DNA of 63,420 nucleotides, counting the filler, from Reclinomonas americana ATCC 50394 (Eukaryota): the NCBI GenBank assembly GCA_048213135.1. It is 7 parts of 4 records of this genome, joined end to end, with 100 filler letters (N's around TTAATTAATTAA, not from the genome) between each part and the next. Parts side by side here need not be neighbours in the genome. Positions count along the whole stretch, not along the records: positions 38,696 to 52,034 come from PS015569.1; positions 52,135 to 56,327 come from PS015570.1; positions 56,428 to 61,528 come from PS015570.1; 4 more parts are not named here. The stretch is one strand, 5' to 3'. Below are positions 47,493 through 58,636 of this stretch, in pieces. The notes under the pieces are model-generated. The model saw nothing but the letters and a program-made list of their open reading frames with translations, was not told the DNA's origin and made no database searches. The translations under genes were made by a program, and so were the position numbers. Every line of letters starts with the position of its first letter. Within the stretch, counting starts at the first letter, position 1.

Positions 47493-48945
47493 TCACCGAA
47501 CTTCCCCGAGTTTGAGAGCGCCGAGCTCGATGCAGCAGCTTTCAAGATCAACAAGCAACCGTTGTTGTCGGGAACGGCAAGCATCGGCCTCCTCGTAGTC
47601 TTCGCCAGGAAGGCACCTAGTCGATCCGGTATTCCCACTGCTTCCTCCTCTCTTTTGAGCTGCAATTCTGGCCGACGATCGGACGTCAGTAATAACGGCG
47701 GCCGACGAATCGGGTGCGCTCGGTTGCGAGGTCTGGTCTCCGCCATTGCCGGATTGCTTCTTCTCGCCTGGGCCTTCGTCGTCGCCACCGTCGTCGCCGC
47801 CGTCGTCCTCGTCTCGCCATCCACACCCTCCACGAGATGACGATGGCGCTCCAGATCGACGCCCAGTGTTCCCGTACACAGCCGTAGTGTACACCCGCTG
47901 CGCACGCCATGATCAGCAATTCACAAAAATTGCGACTTTGCTGCAATGTCCACGCAACTGCATCGTCCTCATTCAGATCTTGTTCAACACTCGCGGCCTC
48001 CTTCAGAGCCTCAATGAGCGCCGTCACAGCACCGATGTCGAAAGGGCCCCCCGTAATAACGGCAAGACAGTGTTCTGCATGTCGATACAGAAGGGACATG
48101 TGCGGCTTCGACCAGGGTCGGTTATGCACGTGCGCGGTGTCAGCGAACACGCGAATCGTCTCGTTGAGATCCAGCTCCGCCAGCGCATCCTTTCGGATCC
48201 GGAAACCGACAACGCTGTCGTCAGCACAAGCATCCTGCCAGGTGAGCAATCCTCCCTTTTCGAAGTCAAACAATTGACCATCGGCCTGCATGAACGAAAC
48301 GAAGCATCCAGTACACATGGTAAGTGATTGCAACAATGCGTTGATGCAGCATCATCATCTCTTACCGTCACGAAGAGCCTGAAGCTGTCAAACCGATCGT
48401 GCAGTTTGGGTGGAAGCATAATGCAGTTCCGCGCACAGTACACAGCATGCGGCTGCCGCTGCCCTGCCATTTGGCAGCACAGGTGGTCCACAGTGTACTC
48501 CGCACATCGCTGTGCCAGATGAGATCAATGGGCCGAGTACGACAAAGAAATTCAACGTCCAGACGTACGTTGACTGGCACAATGTGGCAGGCTTCGCATG
48601 CCTCGAGATTCTCGAAAGCGCGAGACGCAGCGCACACGGCCATTTTCATTCCAGTAACCCGAAAACGCTGTGGAAGAACACCACAAACTACAGTCAGCTC
48701 ACCGAATCATAAAGGTGCATGGCGAAGGGATATATACTCAACTGCCTGCGCACCGCGTCCGTATACGACGGAGTGTATCCATTTTGCAATCAGGTCATCG
48801 CGATCGGCATCACGCTGCGCAAGTTCGGCATCGCGTTCAGCCAGCTCACAACGGGCCTCCTTGCGTTCGCTCTTGTACGCCATCTTCTTCTTCTTGTACG
48901 CCGCCTTCTTTTTCTTGCACGCGGCAAGCTCGCCTTCGAGCCTCG
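47493..48945 (-). CDS. Coiled coil + HNH_2-type endonuclease + acidic/low-complexity tail (5' end beyond a gap)
   Basis: Five exons joined by phase-0 GT-AG introns (48945-48743, 48667-48569, 48509-48366, 48285-47959, 47897-47493) give GRGAQA|RFR..CAAS..EACHIVP..RNCIMLPPKLHDRFDSFRLFV..KPHMSLLYRH. This fits the HNH_2 pattern Q..FR..C..AAHI.P..N.l.L...H..FD..P...L..H. Confidence 0.8.
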
Positions 48946-49733
48946 NNNNNNNNNNNNNNNNNNNNAGATATCAACAACAAGTGAAACGTAACGGCACGAA
49001 ACTTGCGACTTCTTTACAGGAAGGACACCAGCACTGACTGACAGATACTCCAGCTCATCACCACCGAGCATCGCCCGCTGCTGCACCAGAAGCCGCACCT
49101 GTGCACCATCGCCGTGTCAGTGGAAATCTGCTGCCATATGCATGTCAAAAACCACGCAACTGAAGCGCCTGGCAACTCACCGCACCGTGTGCGACTCTGC
49201 CGCAACATGTCCCCGTACCAACCCAACAACAATCTACCCCACAAAAAGTCACTGCATACGTTTGTAACACAAGTGACACCATCGGAGATTTGTACCTCAA
49301 ATTCGTTTCCAACTCTGCGCATGCGACAGAACCAGGTGCCATGAACAACCATGATATCATACTGCGCGCTTCTGTTCCCGACTGCAACGCATGCCACACA
49401 ACGCCTGCTATCATGCACACAGAGAGAGAGATGATAATGATGCAATCTTCTATCTTCCTCACACTCTCCACATCACACTGAATCTATCGTCGTCCTCGAT
49501 TGAGATCCATGCCGAACACAAACAGACATTCTCTCAATCTCTCTCCATCTCTCAAACACCGCCTGCAGAGTGATGCATCGCCGTCGACATCTCTTCATTC
49601 GACAAGCCACATCGATAAAAAAAAATAAGGGCACAGAAAAGAAACACAAAGAGCACACGTCCAAAAACCTCTTGAATCTTCAACAATCGAAAGAGGCACA
49701 TTGTACACAGACACACACTGACGCAGCGCATTA

Positions 49734-52700
49734 TCACGTGTTGGTGCTCTCGCGAACCACCGACCGCACCACTTCTGTTCGCTCCACCACGGCGCCACTC
49801 GAGCCGGTCCCACTCATCATCTCCAGCCGCTCACGCTCAGCCAGCAAGTGGAGACTCTCGTTGAGCTCCTGCCGTGTCCGTTGCAGCTGGTCAGTGAGAC
49901 CGCGGATTCGTTCCTCGCTCTTGGCGAGGATCTCGTCGCGCTCCCGCTCCAGGCTGTCAAAGCACTGATCGGAGACCTTCAATAGCTCCTCCAACTCGGT
50001 GCACTTGGCGCCGAGGCTGTCGCGCTCCGTGCGCAGCAGTTCCACGGATTCCACGGCGCGCTTGTGTTTGAGTTCGGTGGAGGAGACCGCCTCCTCCTTC
50101 TTGAGTGCCAGTTCGCGGTAGCGGCTCAGCTAAGAGTGGGGAAGGGAAATGAGGGAAAGGGGTAAAGGGGGGGAGAAGGGGAAGGTTGAAAGGGGAGGGT
50201 TGGACAAGGGTGGAGAGGGGGGAGGGTGGAGGGTGGAGAGAAAAGGGTTGAAAGGGGAGGGTTGGAAACGACGGTTGAGAGAGGGAAAAAAGTTGAGAGC
50301 AAGTGGAGGATTGGCAACGTGAGTTGGGAATTGGTGGAGGGTTGGAGGGGGGGAAGGGTGGAGGGTTGAGGGTGGAGGGTTGGGAGGGTGAAGAGTTGAA
50401 AGGGTCGAGGGTGGAGAATAAAGGGGAGGGTTGGGAAAGGGCGAAGGGTTGAAATGGTGGAGGGTTGGAAGAGGGTGAAGGGCTGGGAGAGAGTGGAGGG
50501 TTGAAGGGCGAGAGGTTGTAGGATTGGGAAAGGGCGAAGGTTGGAGAGGGTAAAGGGTTGAAAGGGGAGGGTTGGGAAAGGGTGGAGGACTGGGAGAGGG
50601 CGAAGAATGGAGGGTGGAGAGGGGGAAGGGTGGAGGTTGCGGGTGGAGGGTGGAGAGTAAAGATTTGAAAGGGGAGGGTTGGGAAAGGGTGAAGGGTTGA
50701 AATGGTGGAGGGTTGCAAAGGGTTGAGGGTTGAAGAGTGGTGAGGGGTGGGTTGAAATGGTGGAGGGATGATTGGGAAAGGGCGAAGGGTTGGAGAGGGT
50801 AAAGGGTTGAGAGCGGGTGAGGGGTTGAAATGGTGGAGGGTTGGAAGAGGGTGAAGGGTTGGGAGCGGGTGGAGGGTTGAAGGGCGAAGGATTGGGAAAG
50901 GGCGAGGATTGGGAGGGTGAAGAGTTGAAAGGGCGGAGGGTGGAGAGTAAAGGGTTGAAAGGGTGGAGGGTGGAGAGTAAAGGGTTGAAAGGAGAGGGTT
51001 GGAGAAGGTGGAGGGTTGGAGAAGAGTGAAGGGTTGAAGGGCGAAGGGTTGAGAACAGCGGAGGGTTGGAAAGGTGGAGCTCCCATCCGCTCTTTCCCAA
51101 CCCTCCTTCCATTCACAACCGTCCGTCCATGACCCTTCATCTTCCACCCCTTCAACCCTCTACCCTTTCCCAACACCTCCCCTTCAAATCTCCACCCTCT
51201 CCCAACCCTTTCAACCAGGGTGGAGGGTTGGAAAAGGGTCAAAGATGCTGTTTCTACCCGATCCTCTCTCTTTCTCTCTTGCACACACAAACCTCCTTCT
51301 CCAGCGCATTGAATCGACCCTTCCACTCCAACAGCTCCGCCTGCAGAGCCTCGGCGTGTCGCTCCTCCATGTCGGCACGCTTCGCCTCTCGATTCCGCTG
51401 TTCTTCGCTGTCGTGGCGTGCCAACTGTGACGCAATCGAAATGAGATCACTCACCACGGAGTTCACAACAAAGGGGAGCATCAACGCACATCCTTTTGTC
51501 GCAGACGAGCCTCGAGAGCGTCGATGCTGTCCTTCAGCGCCCTATTGTCCTGCGCCAGCTTGGTCGCACGCATGCGCTCCTCGTCGGCGGCCGCCGTCTG
51601 TCACATTTACGGTAAGGGAACGATCACAAAGCAGCCAAGGGGTGGAGTGGGCGCAACTCTCGATCGCAGATCCTCTTGCCCAGTGCGCAGGAACTCGGTC
51701 AAGTCCTTGACACGGTCGGAGAGGCTCTGCACCTCGGCAGTGCGGCGATCCACCAGGTCTGTTTGCTCCGTCAACCGCCTCTGCAGCGATGTGTTTTCCT
51801 CACGCAACCGAGCCGCCTCTGACTCTTTGGCTCTGCGATACGAGGACGGTCAGCAAGCAACACCACCTAAGCGACTTACTAATGATGCGCAACTGAATCT
51901 CCAATCGTCTCGCGTTCTCCGTTGTGTACAAGGCCGACGTGTTTTGCGCTAGTTCCTTCTCCGCACGCTCTACCAGTACAGACAGATCGGCGATTTCCTG
52001 CGGGGAGATGAGAGTAAAAAAAATGCCCTCCCAANNNNNNNNNNNNNNNNNNNNNNNNNNNNNNNNNNNNNNNNNNNNTTAATTAATTAANNNNNNNNNN
52101 NNNNNNNNNNNNNNNNNNNNNNNNNNNNNNNNNNCAGTGTTTCATCGGCCTCCCTGGCGACACCATTCGCGAGTCAGTATTACCGACCACCGTGGAAAAA
52201 TAGGTGCATGTTTTAACGAAACTCCAGCTTCTTACGGATGCTGTTCAACTGAGTCTCCTGCACAGAGAGGCGCTCTTGCAACTGTGCATCGACGTCGAGG
52301 TGAGAACGAGGAGGCATTGACACACACACACACACACATACACACAAAAAAACCACGGTGCCAACAAGACATGAGCCTTCACCTGCTTCATGTCACGCTC
52401 CTTATCGCGAGACGCAGATTCCACATTCTTCTTCGCATTCTCGGTTTCCCGCCGCGCCGCCTCCAACTCCTTCCGGCACGTCTCCGCCTCCCTCTGAGCA
52501 CTCTCGAGTGCAGCCTCCGTGCTCGCCAGCTTGTCGGTTACGGCAGTGACCTCGGCTTGCATAGATTCCAATCGACGACTGTCACATTGTTGCAGGAACC
52601 ATGAGCAATCGCAGATGAAGCATCGAGCGTCGTTGCGTGTCGACGCAACTTGGCAGCCTCTTGCGCCGCCTGAATCTGGGCAGACTGAGTTTCCGCACTG

Positions 52701-54814
52701 CGCTGGTCAGTGGTAACGGCTTCCAACTCGTCTTCGACATCGGCCACCTTCCTCCTCAGGTTCTCGCTTTCTGCCATGGCCACGGTCAACAGCTCCTTGG
52801 TGGTCCTCAATCGATCTTCAAGATCCTCGCGGGCCTCCTTCTCTTGCTCCAACTCCGTACGCGCCAGCTCCACCTGTACTCCACCAGGAACAAATAAACA
52901 GGAAACGACACATCAGTGACCGGTGGCGATCGCCTGCACCTGTTTGTGTTCATCACCTTCTTCTCCAACTCCGAGCACCGATCGCGTTCCGCCGCGACCT
53001 GCTGCTCAGCTCGCTGAATGGCGGCCCGTGCATCGTCGAGCAGCAAATCTCGCTGTTGCAACGCGTTTGCCTGCTCACGATTTTGTTCCTCCAGCTCGTG
53101 AATGCGTTCCTGTTCGCGACTCGACTGCAGAGCAAGCAAGTGAGAAACAAGGAGAGATAGAAACAAGAGATCGGCATCCCACGAAACAGCGCTCTCTGCA
53201 GACTGCGTCTGCGCTCGTTGAGACTCTTCACGCTGCGGGGTGACGCACACGCAACGTCAGTCGCTATTCACTCTTGCAGTCAACAGACAGCACGTCGCTG
53301 CCAAAACAGACCTTGCGTTCAGCGGCCTTTACTTGCTCCTCCAATTGCGTGATCTTGAGCTTCAGTAGCCTCTCGGATGAATCCAACTGCGAACGGCACG
53401 ACCGATTCAGTCACACGCAGATCCATCCTGCTAGCTGCACGCAGGCAAGAAACAACGCTACGCACCTCTGCGACGGCCTTTTCGTAGCGGTTCTTGTACG
53501 AATCCAGCTGTCGCTGGCGTTCATTCGCCGACGACTCGGCCTGTGCACACGTCAGTGAGACTCGTGGCACAACTGGGAGACACCGCAGCAGGCAGCACGC
53601 ACTTCGGTAAGTGACTGACGCAAGCGTTGCAATTCGGTGTCTCGCGTGCGCTGATTCGCCGACACTTGCGAGCTGAGTGAAGCATTCGTCCTCTCCAGCA
53701 CTGCCACTTTCTGCGCCAACTCGGCCCTCTGCATCGAGAGTGTGTGCTGCTTAGCATCCCAGTTGCTGCGATCAGCGATGAACAACACGCCGGCCGCGCC
53801 CAAGTACCTCACTCTCCACGCGATTGCTCTGCTGAGCAAGCTGCGTCTCCAGTGTTTTCACCCGATCGCCCAGACTGCGATTTTCTTCGAGCGCCTTGGC
53901 CAGCTGCGCCTCCACGGCGGTCGCCCGAGCAGACGCCGTGTCGGCACGCCTCGACTCAGCTGCTGCCCTCTTGGCCTCCACCTCCACCCGTGATCGGTAC
54001 TCCTCCACCATAAGTGGGTCAACACCTCCTCCACCGCCACCGCCTGCACAGCATTGCTGCATCAGCGTGCACAGTCCGTGTGTGTGTGTGTGTGTTTGTG
54101 TGCATTCATTCGCGCCAGCATACCACGAGCAGCGGCTGCTTCCAGCTCCTTCACACGAGCCTCCAGCACCACAGCACGTTCGCCCTGAGAGACGCACGCG
54201 CTCGGTCAATCTCACGCACACACATACACCTCGCACAAGTCTGCACCAAAATAAACCTCTCTCCTGAACTCGAGATTGACCATGCGTAGTGTCTCTTGCA
54301 GCTGTTCCACTTGCTCGGCAAGCACCGAATCGCCTGCTCCACCCATGCGATCGAGCGCCTCTGCAACGCGACATTGTGTCAAACCAACGAGAAGCTGGCA
54401 GAGTGAGAAAGCACCACAACAAGCAGGTCGCAACTGCGCGCTTGCGTCAGCTGACGAGTGGTGTTGGCGAGCTCCTTTTGTAGAATGTCGACCTCTGTGA
54501 GAATGCGTGCGGGAGTGAGTGGAGTGCGAAACCAACTGCACGTGCGCGCCTTGAGACAAGTCGCAATCTGTCTTTCTCTCACTGTGTTGTCTCTGTTGCA
54601 CGTCAGTGCATACCATGACAAGCAGGTGGTCGTGATGTGCCACGTGTGCACAGGTGTACGTGTGTGTGTGTGTTCGTGGGAGTGGTGTCTGGGCGGGGGA
54701 ATGGCCATGATGGCCGACTGAGACGTAACTCTCTTCGGCATGGAACTTGGCAGCAGATAGCCGTTGAATCTCAGTCTGCAGCTTGCGAATGTCGACACCG
54801 GGAGAACCCGCCAT
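49734..54814 (-). CDS. Long multi-exon coiled-coil protein (centrosomal/cytoskeletal-like), spanning a spacer
   Basis: Many short-intron exons with E/Q/R/A-rich heptads, from MAGSPGVDIRKLQTEIQRLSAAKFHAEESY to ...TEVVRSVVRESTNT*. Confidence 0.7.
50160..51240. repeat. Intronic cryptic repeat built from AGGGTT(G)/GGAGGG motifs, with an inverted segment
   Basis: Dozens of agggttg(a/g) motifs at 50180-51070, and the reverse-complement vocabulary (caaccct) at 51095-51215. Confidence 0.85.
52035..52134. other. Artificial scaffold spacer
   Basis: TTAATTAATTAA at 52079-52090. Confidence 0.97.
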
Positions 54815-55272
54815 GTCTTCTGCTTGAAACACACAACCGAGTTGCGCGACGGCGGATCGACTGATGGATGGGCGATCAGATTGGCTCGAAGTTTGTGGTC
54901 CAGTTGCAAAACACGCACCTGGCAACTGGCTATAGCTGCATATCAATAGAGTATTAATATCCACAGTTGTCTGCGAATTCGAATGCGGACTTCGACGTTG
55001 CAATTGGCGATCGAATTCGAAGACCGCAGCGCTGCGACCCGCGGATCCGAAGCGCTGCGGCCGCGAACCGCAACATCTTAACTGATCCAAACAGCATCAC
55101 AGCTGCACAATGATCACCATCTTGAGCGAGCATCAGAAACTGAGATATCACGGAAATGATCGGAATGGAATACTGGCATTCTCACATTCGCAGCCCGCTC
55201 ACGCTGGCATGTACACTTTTAGCTGTATTAATGGGCTGAATATTTATTCAGTGCTGTGTGTTTCTTTCTAGT

Positions 55273-57170
55273 TCATGACTTGCGTCCACAGAGCTGCACA
55301 AAGAAGACAACAAGTCCGTGAGAAACAGTGGTGGGACTGCAAACTGCGTTGCCAGCGCACCTGCCGGCAGTGTGCTCGTGGAACTTGCGGGCGTCGGCAC
55401 GTCCCTTCTCCAGATCAACGCACATCAGCACCGGTGCACCGACGAAAAAGAATATGGCGATGGAGAAGAAGGCCAGGCGGTAGCTGTTGGTGAGCTGATT
55501 AACCAGTCCGAATGTGAGCGGACCGATCCACGATGTTCCTACACAATCGCACCGTCAGTATCGGCACATGCAGAGGCTCTTTCTCGGCAGCAACAACCAT
55601 CCGTACCCTTGTCGGTCACGGCGAAAAACGCAAAGAACTCGGCCTCGAGAGACTTGGGAATAAGCTCCGAAAAGATGGAGCGAGCAAACGCCTGAGCGGA
55701 TCCCACTTGCAGGCCGTACACGGCCGCCACCACAAAAAACTCGGCCTGCGATGCACATCAGCGTAGTGGTGAGTGCACACGTACATGCGTGTTCATGCAG
55801 ACAACAAACCTGCGTCCGCAACAACACGAACGCGTACACCGGCAGCGCACTCATGATGAACTAACACCACACACACACACAGTAAGCTCATCAACACGCT
55901 GCAGCTCGAAACTCACTGCAAATTCGCACCAAGTTTGTGAGGAGGATCGTACGCGGTCGCAACAAGCCGCGTGACAAACGCAGCCAGATCATGCATCCGA
56001 CAATACCGGAGAACTCCACCGTCATCACCAGCAGCTGCTCCGCGAATGCGAAAAAAACAGAAAATCAGAAGGTCCATACGTCTCTCACATACCACGATAC
56101 ACTGGCATGCACGCACTGCAAGTGGAATCGGCCCGAAGCCGAGTTCCTCAGCGGCAAACTGCGCCGCCGAACTGCACGCAAGCAAGAGCGCTGTCAGCAC
56201 ACCACACATGCAGCAATAAAGGACGCAAGCAAGCACGCACCCATTGATTGTCTGGTAGCCGTCTGAAACGCCACGAATAATGAGCACATCATATCGGCAA
56301 CGAGTGCCACACACAACGACTCACCGGNNNNNNNNNNNNNNNNNNNNNNNNNNNNNNNNNNNNNNNNNNNNTTAATTAATTAANNNNNNNNNNNNNNNNN
56401 NNNNNNNNNNNNNNNNNNNNNNNNNNNGGAGTCGGTAAACAGGAAAGCCAACGACACCATCGACACTGTGTACCATTGAGTGACTGTCATGAGGGCCATG
56501 GCCATGGTCAGCAGACTCGCCACCAGTGAGCACACGAGCAGCAAGTGGCGGCGATAGTTGCTATAGTCGGCCATGGCTCCCGTCAGAATGCACACCACCA
56601 CCTGCGTGCGACTTGAGGTGCCGGCATGATCAACAACAACAACAAAGTCGACAACGCAGCGCAACTTGCAAGATCACCGATAGTGCCAGTGCATACGAGT
56701 AGAGCGAGCGATGAGCAATGGGAATAAAGTCAAAGAGCCACACACGGCCATCGCTGTCGGCGCAGTAGAACGCCACATTGGTGAGAAACGGCGGGAAAAA
56801 CGCCGTGAGAAGCACCGTGCGGAACGCGGCCCCCGCTGCATGCATGCACAATCAGAAAAAAATGCACGAGTATGCATGCACAACTCCTCCACCACACGCA
56901 ACCCAAGTCCCACAGCCACCACCTGCACCAATAGTGTGTGAGCTTCACTGTTTCTCTCTCATGCACAAGCTCGCATCGCTCTCACCCCACGCGCTCTCGC
57001 TTGTCACTGGCTACCTCGACCGCGGTGCTCATGTCATCGACGACCGTGGAAGAGTTGCTGCCGGCTGGTGCATCTTGCGGAGCAGTCAAGCCGTCCAGCG
57101 ACAGCAACTCCACATCGTCATCGTCGTCTTCAGCAATGACCCGACTGCTGTCTCTTCTCGCCAGTGACAT
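55273..57170 (-). CDS. Atg22/UMF1-like MFS transporter, spanning a spacer
   Basis: ERVG|WWLWDL|AGAAFRTVLLTAFFPPFL; LSVILQ|VVVCILTGAMADYSNYRRHLL; YGLQVGSAQAFARSIFSELIPKSLEAEFFAFFAVTDKG|TSWIGP. Confidence 0.85.
56328..56427. other. Artificial scaffold spacer
   Basis: TTAATTAATTAA at 56372-56383. Confidence 0.97.
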
Positions 57171-57200
57171 GAACGACAATCAGCTGCTGAATGAATAGAT

Positions 57201-58636
57201 TCACTGACACAAATTAAAGGGCACTCCACTGCCCTTAAAGTAGAAGCGACTGCCCGAGTGCCACAGAAGAGCCTTCGCCGGGTCACGGTCGTTGTTGCCG
57301 CGCAAGTACTGCAGGGCAATGTAGCCGCCGAACCACGGAATGCAATACATGTCGGGTCCCCAGTACGCCTCTGTGCGCGGGTCGTCGCTCGGCAGGCAGA
57401 GGGCGTGGCCGAGGATGCGCTCACGATCGCGTGCCACAGACTCGTAGCAGCGGTCGCACGTGGCGTGCGTGGTGTTGCAGACGGCGCACTGACCGTGGTA
57501 GGGCGGCAGCTTGGCGTGCACACTCGGATTGCCAGTGTTCTCCAGTCGCGACAACACGAGGTGCCCGAATGCCACCTGATCGCCCACATGCAGCGAGTAG
57601 GTCTCCGCGCGTTGGCCCTCGTGGAACCAGTCGAGAAGAAACTGCTCCGCAAACGGCGCCCGCCGCACACCCACGGCGCCGGCATTCATCCACTCGTGCC
57701 ACTGGAAGAGCACCGACGCCGTCGGCCGCTCGTCAAAGAACTCGGCCACAAGCCGGCCACACGAGACGGGCTTCTGAAACCACATGTCAATGTCCACGTA
57801 CAATGCTCGTGTGTGCTGTGGCAGGTTGAGTACGTGCGCCAAGGCCGCCGCCTGTCGTCGAGTTGCTTCGCAATGAGCAACAAAATGAAAGATGCACGGC
57901 GAACGCTCACCTTCTCGAAAAACAGAAACGGATGAGCAGCTCGTGGACCCGGCGGCGGCACATACACATACACTTCGCACTGGAACAGGTCGCAGTACTC
58001 CAACCAGTTCATCAGCGACTGTTGAACGAGGGGTGAACAACAAGGAAGCGCGCACGCACGCACCCACCCACACGGAGAAGCACAGACCCACGTGAATCCC
58101 TCGCCCTTGACTGGCCACTCAAAGTCAGTCAGCAGAGTCACCAGCGGCACTGCTGTCGCTCGTACAGTGGCCACCTGCGCCGACGATCGCCGACTCTCCG
58201 GCAACAGGCGCCACAATCGACAATCAGTGGGTCTCATCGATCGGTGTCTCGGCCACAGGCGCGGCGCATAGTTGGCCGCCACTCCCGTCGACCAACCAGT
58301 GTGTGGTTCCACACTCTCGAGGATCAGTTGGCAGTCGGAGTGCACTCGACGCGTGTCCACATGCACTGCAGTGCACGAGAGGTTCAGAAAGACGCGATGC
58401 GTCGCAGAGATGGACCATGCACACGCACTGGGTGAATCGACGAGTTCGGCGGCCCACAGAGTGCCGTTCGACACAGTGTAGGCGTATCTGTCGTGTCCAC
58501 TCCACCACCACGGAGTCTGCTGCGGAGGAGAAGTTGTCCACGAGATCACGGACCACAGGGCGACCACACAGCTGGCCGCCAGTGCACACACGATGCAGTA
58601 CCGCACTCGGGCGGACTGCTGCAGAGCGAAGCGCAT
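57201..58636 (-). CDS. Type II membrane glycosyltransferase, GT34 (GMA12/MNN10)-like, copy 1
   Basis: N-terminal TM segment (YCIVCALAASCVVALWSVI), DxD motif LYVDIDMWF, WMNAGAVGVRRAPFAEQFLLDW, GDQVAF. Confidence 0.75.

Noticed and set aside
47686..47958. Arg-rich C-terminus of ORF 47686-48336
   Set aside because: It is better explained as read-through of a 61-nt intron (47958-47898). The spliced frame continues into ORF 47493-47894.
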